From contig CAZKBP010000003.1 in the NCBI GenBank assembly GCA_964551015.1, positions 1 through 21,326 on the forward strand: a stretch of DNA of 21,326 nt, given 5' to 3'. Source of the DNA: an uncultured Cytophagaceae bacterium. Its GTDB lineage: Bacteria; Bacteroidota; Bacteroidia; Cytophagales; Microscillaceae. The notes beneath the pieces are model-generated. The model was not told the DNA's origin. It did no database searches and worked only from the letters and a program-made list of their open reading frames with translations. Position numbers and translations under genes: made by a program. This document shows, piece by piece, positions 18,328 to 21,326 of the stretch (the first letter of the stretch is position 1; each line of letters opens with the position of its first letter).

Positions 18328-19065
18328 ATGAAGCAATCAAATTTAAAAATATTAACTACTCTTTTGATACTAGCTGTGGCTTTCACAGCTTGTAAAAAAG
18401 ATACGAACGATCCTGGAACCGAATTTGCTCCGCAGATGTACGTTTCCAAGCCTTACGAGCCTTATTCCCAATTAGATAAGCATCCCATCAATCCCAAGGG
18501 GCTAAACGTGAGAGAACCCGCGCGAGGTACAATCCCGCGCAGAAACTACACGCAAAGTGTGGATGGTACGGACTCTACGGGGCAGTATGCCAGACAAGTA
18601 GGTGTGATGGTATATGACCACATTGCCATTGATGACTACGAGAAAGCGGCCGCTACCCTGACCAACCCTCACAAACCCACAGATAAAGTGTTAGAAGAAG
18701 GAAGAATTCTTTATACCCGTTTTTGCTATCCTTGCCACGGAGGAGGAGGAAAAGGAGATGGTCCAGTAGCTGAACAATACAAAGGGGTGGCTAACCTCTT
18801 AGGTTCTGCTTATACTAGTTTGCCTAGTGGGCATATTTTCTGGGTAATTACTAATGGAAAAGGGAGAATGTGGCCCCACGGTTCACAAGTAAATCCCAAT
18901 GAACGCTGGAAAATAGTAAATTATGTTTTTGAGCTACAAGGCCGGAACGGAAGTGCTGAGCCAGCAGAAGAGGGCGAAGAAGCACCTCAAAATGAAGAAG
19001 AAAAAGCAGACAGTGCCGTGGCACAATCTACCACAGACTCGAAAGCACTAAGTCTCAATAAATAA
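18328..19065 (+). CDS. actE: Alternative complex III subunit ActE (monohaem cytochrome c, probable lipoprotein)
   Basis: 245 aa. A signal peptide ends in ...LAVAFTAC-KKD, a lipobox-like Cys. There is a single CYPCH haem motif, with a distal Met candidate in ...GRMWPHG. The acidic C-terminal tail is AEPAEEGEEAPQNEEEKAD. Confidence 0.8.
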   Translation: MKQSNLKILTTLLILAVAFTACKKDTNDPGTEFAPQMYVSKPYEPYSQLDKHPINPKGLNVREPARGTIPRRNYTQSVDGTDSTGQYARQVGVMVYDHIAIDDYEKAAATLTNPHKPTDKVLEEGRILYTRFCYPCHGGGGKGDGPVAEQYKGVANLLGSAYTSLPSGHIFWVITNGKGRMWPHGSQVNPNERWKIVNYVFELQGRNGSAEPAEEGEEAPQNEEEKADSAVAQSTTDSKALSLNK

Positions 19066-19105
19066 TTTGATTGAAAATCTAACCTAATTTAAAAACAAAA
19101 ATATT

Positions 19106-20449
19106 ATGGCAGAAGGACCCAAATTGACCTTAGCCGATGAAAAGATGCAATACGAGTTTACTGCTAAACTCAAGCGTCAGTTGTTGATTGCTGGTGGTAT
19201 CGGAATTGTAATGCTTTTACTTGGATGCGTCCTTTTGGCATTCGGCGGAGGAGACGCACACGGTGCAGGTGGACACGGAGGAGAACACAGTATGGTCGGC
19301 GGTGGAGGAGAAGAAGCAGGAGGACACGGATACCACTGGACGACACGTTTGTGGGCAAATCTCTGGCTCTGCGCAGTGTATTTTAATGGAATAGCCTTGG
19401 TGGGCGTCTTTTTCGTGGCAGTAAACTATGTAGCTTGGGCAGGTTGGTCTGCGCTGATCAAGCGTATACCCGAAGCATTCGGTTATTTTATGATGTTTAC
19501 AGCACCCATTATTATTCTGGTATTCTTTCTCTCTGGGGATAGTCTTTTCCACTGGAAAGCCGCAGGAATCACTGATCCGACAAGTGCCAATTATGATCCC
19601 ATTATTGCTGGGAAGTCAGGTTATTTGAATCTTCCTTTTTATACCATCCGCATGATTATCTACTTTGCGGCTTGGCTTGGTTTATTCTTCTTCCTAAGAA
19701 AGCTTTCTCTACAAGAAGATCAACTAACCGATTATAAAGGCTATTTAGAAAATCCCAAGATTTACAATAAAATGGTGTATTTCTCGGCGGTTTTTATCGT
19801 GATATTTGCCGTTACAAGTTCTACGGCTGCTTGGGATTGGGTAATGTCTATTGATACACACTGGTTTAGTACGATGTTCGGTTGGTACAATTTCGCCAGT
19901 TGGTTTGTAGCAGGATTGGCAACCGTTACCTTAGCGGTAATCTACTTAAAGGAGCAAGGCTACCTGAAGCTAGTAGGGCAGCATCACCTGCACGATTTAG
20001 GTAAATTTATGTTCGCGTTCAGCATTTTCTGGACTTACATTTGGTTTTCACAATTTTTGCTGATCTACTATGCACATCTTCCCGAAGAAACGATCTATTT
20101 CTATCCTCGTTTGTTTGGTGATTACAGAGGGCTCTTCTTTCTAAATATTATCATCAATTTTGCTTTCCCATTCTTAGCTTTGATGACCAAAGAGTCCAAA
20201 CGGACTATGATCTTTTTGAAAATTGTGGCCATTGCTATTTTGATCGGACATTACTTTGATTTCTATCTGATGATTATGCCTGGCACGGTTGAATCTAATG
20301 CGGGCTTCGGTTTGGTGGAATTTGGCACTTTGTTAATCTTTATCAGTGCTTTCATCTATTTCTTTGCTAGCAACCTAAGTAAAGTACCTTTGATTGCGAA
20401 GAATCACCCTTTCATCAAGGAAAGTATGCATTTTACGCAGTTTAATTAA
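19106..20449 (+). CDS. actF: Alternative complex III subunit ActF (second NrfD-like membrane subunit)
   Basis: 447 aa polytopic membrane protein of about 10 TM helices, paralogous in architecture to ActC and last in the act cluster. It has a His/Gly-rich loop between TM1 and TM2. Confidence 0.85.
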   Translation: MAEGPKLTLADEKMQYEFTAKLKRQLLIAGGIGIVMLLLGCVLLAFGGGDAHGAGGHGGEHSMVGGGGEEAGGHGYHWTTRLWANLWLCAVYFNGIALVGVFFVAVNYVAWAGWSALIKRIPEAFGYFMMFTAPIIILVFFLSGDSLFHWKAAGITDPTSANYDPIIAGKSGYLNLPFYTIRMIIYFAAWLGLFFFLRKLSLQEDQLTDYKGYLENPKIYNKMVYFSAVFIVIFAVTSSTAAWDWVMSIDTHWFSTMFGWYNFASWFVAGLATVTLAVIYLKEQGYLKLVGQHHLHDLGKFMFAFSIFWTYIWFSQFLLIYYAHLPEETIYFYPRLFGDYRGLFFLNIIINFAFPFLALMTKESKRTMIFLKIVAIAILIGHYFDFYLMIMPGTVESNAGFGLVEFGTLLIFISAFIYFFASNLSKVPLIAKNHPFIKESMHFTQFN

Positions 20450-20564
20450 GACTTTAAAAGATATTAAAGATATTTCTTAATTTTCAGTAGATTCGGAAAC
20501 ATTATTGTTCAAATAATCCTTTAGCTACAAAAGGAAAGATAAAGAAAAATATACAACACTAATC

Positions 20565-21326
20565 ATGACGAATATAGTAATCGGATTTATAGGAGTACTG
20601 ATCTTGGTCATACTCTTTATGTTATTCAGAATACAGTCGCTAGTTTCTGTTGCGAAGAAGTCTGACCAAAAGGGTGGAGGGACTAGCAACAAAATTAATG
20701 CGGCTCTTATGCTAATCGTACCTACAGTAGGATTAGCCTTAGCAGTTTGGTATTCTAGTGTCGCCTCAGAATCGTTTCTGCCAGCACCTGCCTCAGAGCA
20801 CGGTATAGTTACTGACAACCTGTTTTGGGTAACCATTGCTGTTATTTCGGCTATGTTTATCATCACCAATGCAGGTTTGTTTTGGTTTGCTTATCGTTAT
20901 CAGTACAAGGAAGGAAGAAAAGCAACTTTCTATCACGATAATCCTAAACTGGAAGTTTTTTGGACAATCGTTCCAGCGGTAATTATGGCCTTACTGGTCT
21001 TTTTTGGATGGAAAGCTTGGACAGATATTATGGAAACCGATCCCCCAGATGAAGCCATGAAAATAGAGATCATGGGTAAGCAATTTGCTTGGTTGGTACG
21101 CTATCCCGGAAAAGACGGACAGCTCGGCGACTATGATTATCGTCTAATTGATGATGCGGCTGGTAATGACTTTGGGATCGACTTTGAAGACAAAGCATCC
21201 TTTGATGACTTTTCACCTCGTGAAATGCACATCCCCGTTAACAAGCCAGTATTATTGAAAATTAGAGCGAGAGACGTGTTACACAGCGTTTTTGCTCCAC
21301 ATTTTCGCCTAAAAATGGATGCAGTA
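20565..21326 (+). CDS. coxB: Cytochrome c oxidase subunit II (caa3-type), 5' partial - runs off the window end
   Basis: Not in the supplied ORF track because there is no stop before the window end. I translated it by hand from ATG 20565: MTNIVIGFIGVLILVILFML... with two TM helices, then ...MGKQFAWLVRYPGKDGQLG...LKIRARDVLHSVFAPHFRLKMDAV, the conserved subunit II periplasmic domain start. It lies 115 bp downstream of actF on the same strand. Confidence 0.9.
   Translation, partial: MTNIVIGFIGVLILVILFMLFRIQSLVSVAKKSDQKGGGTSNKINAALMLIVPTVGLALAVWYSSVASESFLPAPASEHGIVTDNLFWVTIAVISAMFIITNAGLFWFAYRYQYKEGRKATFYHDNPKLEVFWTIVPAVIMALLVFFGWKAWTDIMETDPPDEAMKIEIMGKQFAWLVRYPGKDGQLGDYDYRLIDDAAGNDFGIDFEDKASFDDFSPREMHIPVNKPVLLKIRARDVLHSVFAPHFRLKMDAV

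Noticed and set aside
20525-20869. 114-aa minus-strand ORF
   Set aside because: It is antisense to the 5' end of coxB, which has a clear conserved translation on the + strand.
1-21326. Search for CRISPR arrays, transposases, integrases, toxin-antitoxin pairs, reverse transcriptases or compositionally atypical islands
   Set aside because: I found no arrays of regularly spaced direct repeats and no such protein motifs in any of the six frames. Base composition and codon usage look uniform across the window.

Overview
This window looks like a core chromosomal region of an aerobic Bacteroidetes-type bacterium (about 40-45% GC, no Shine-Dalgarno dependence, TAnnTTTG-like -7 boxes). I support 16 CDS and one tRNA. 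In order: corA (-), a di-haem cytochrome c peroxidase (+), an orphan sensor histidine kinase (-), hemA (+), a TolB/PD40-repeat OmpA-family outer-membrane protein translationally coupled to a signal-peptide-less SH3b-NlpC/P60 peptidase (+), a stand-alone HNH nuclease (+), rpsA (+) with a downstream hairpin terminator, tRNA-Cys(GCA) (+), then a complete alternative complex III operon actABCDEF (+) running into the 5' part of cytochrome c oxidase subunit II (coxB), which is cut off by the window end. I found no CRISPR array, transposase, integrase, reverse transcriptase or obvious horizontally acquired island. I could not identify a clearly novel multi-gene system. The points most worth a second look are the ActA with an extra N-terminal class-I cytochrome c module and two internal TM helices (six CXXCH motifs where five are expected), a His/Gly-rich loop in ActF, acidic low-complexity insertions and tails in ActB and ActE, the OmpA-family/NlpC-P60 gene pair, the orphan HNH protein next to rpsA, and a near-palindromic direct-repeat element with a candidate -33/-7 promoter about 150 bp upstream of actA. 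All family assignments are from motifs I recognise by eye and still need HMM or BLAST confirmation.
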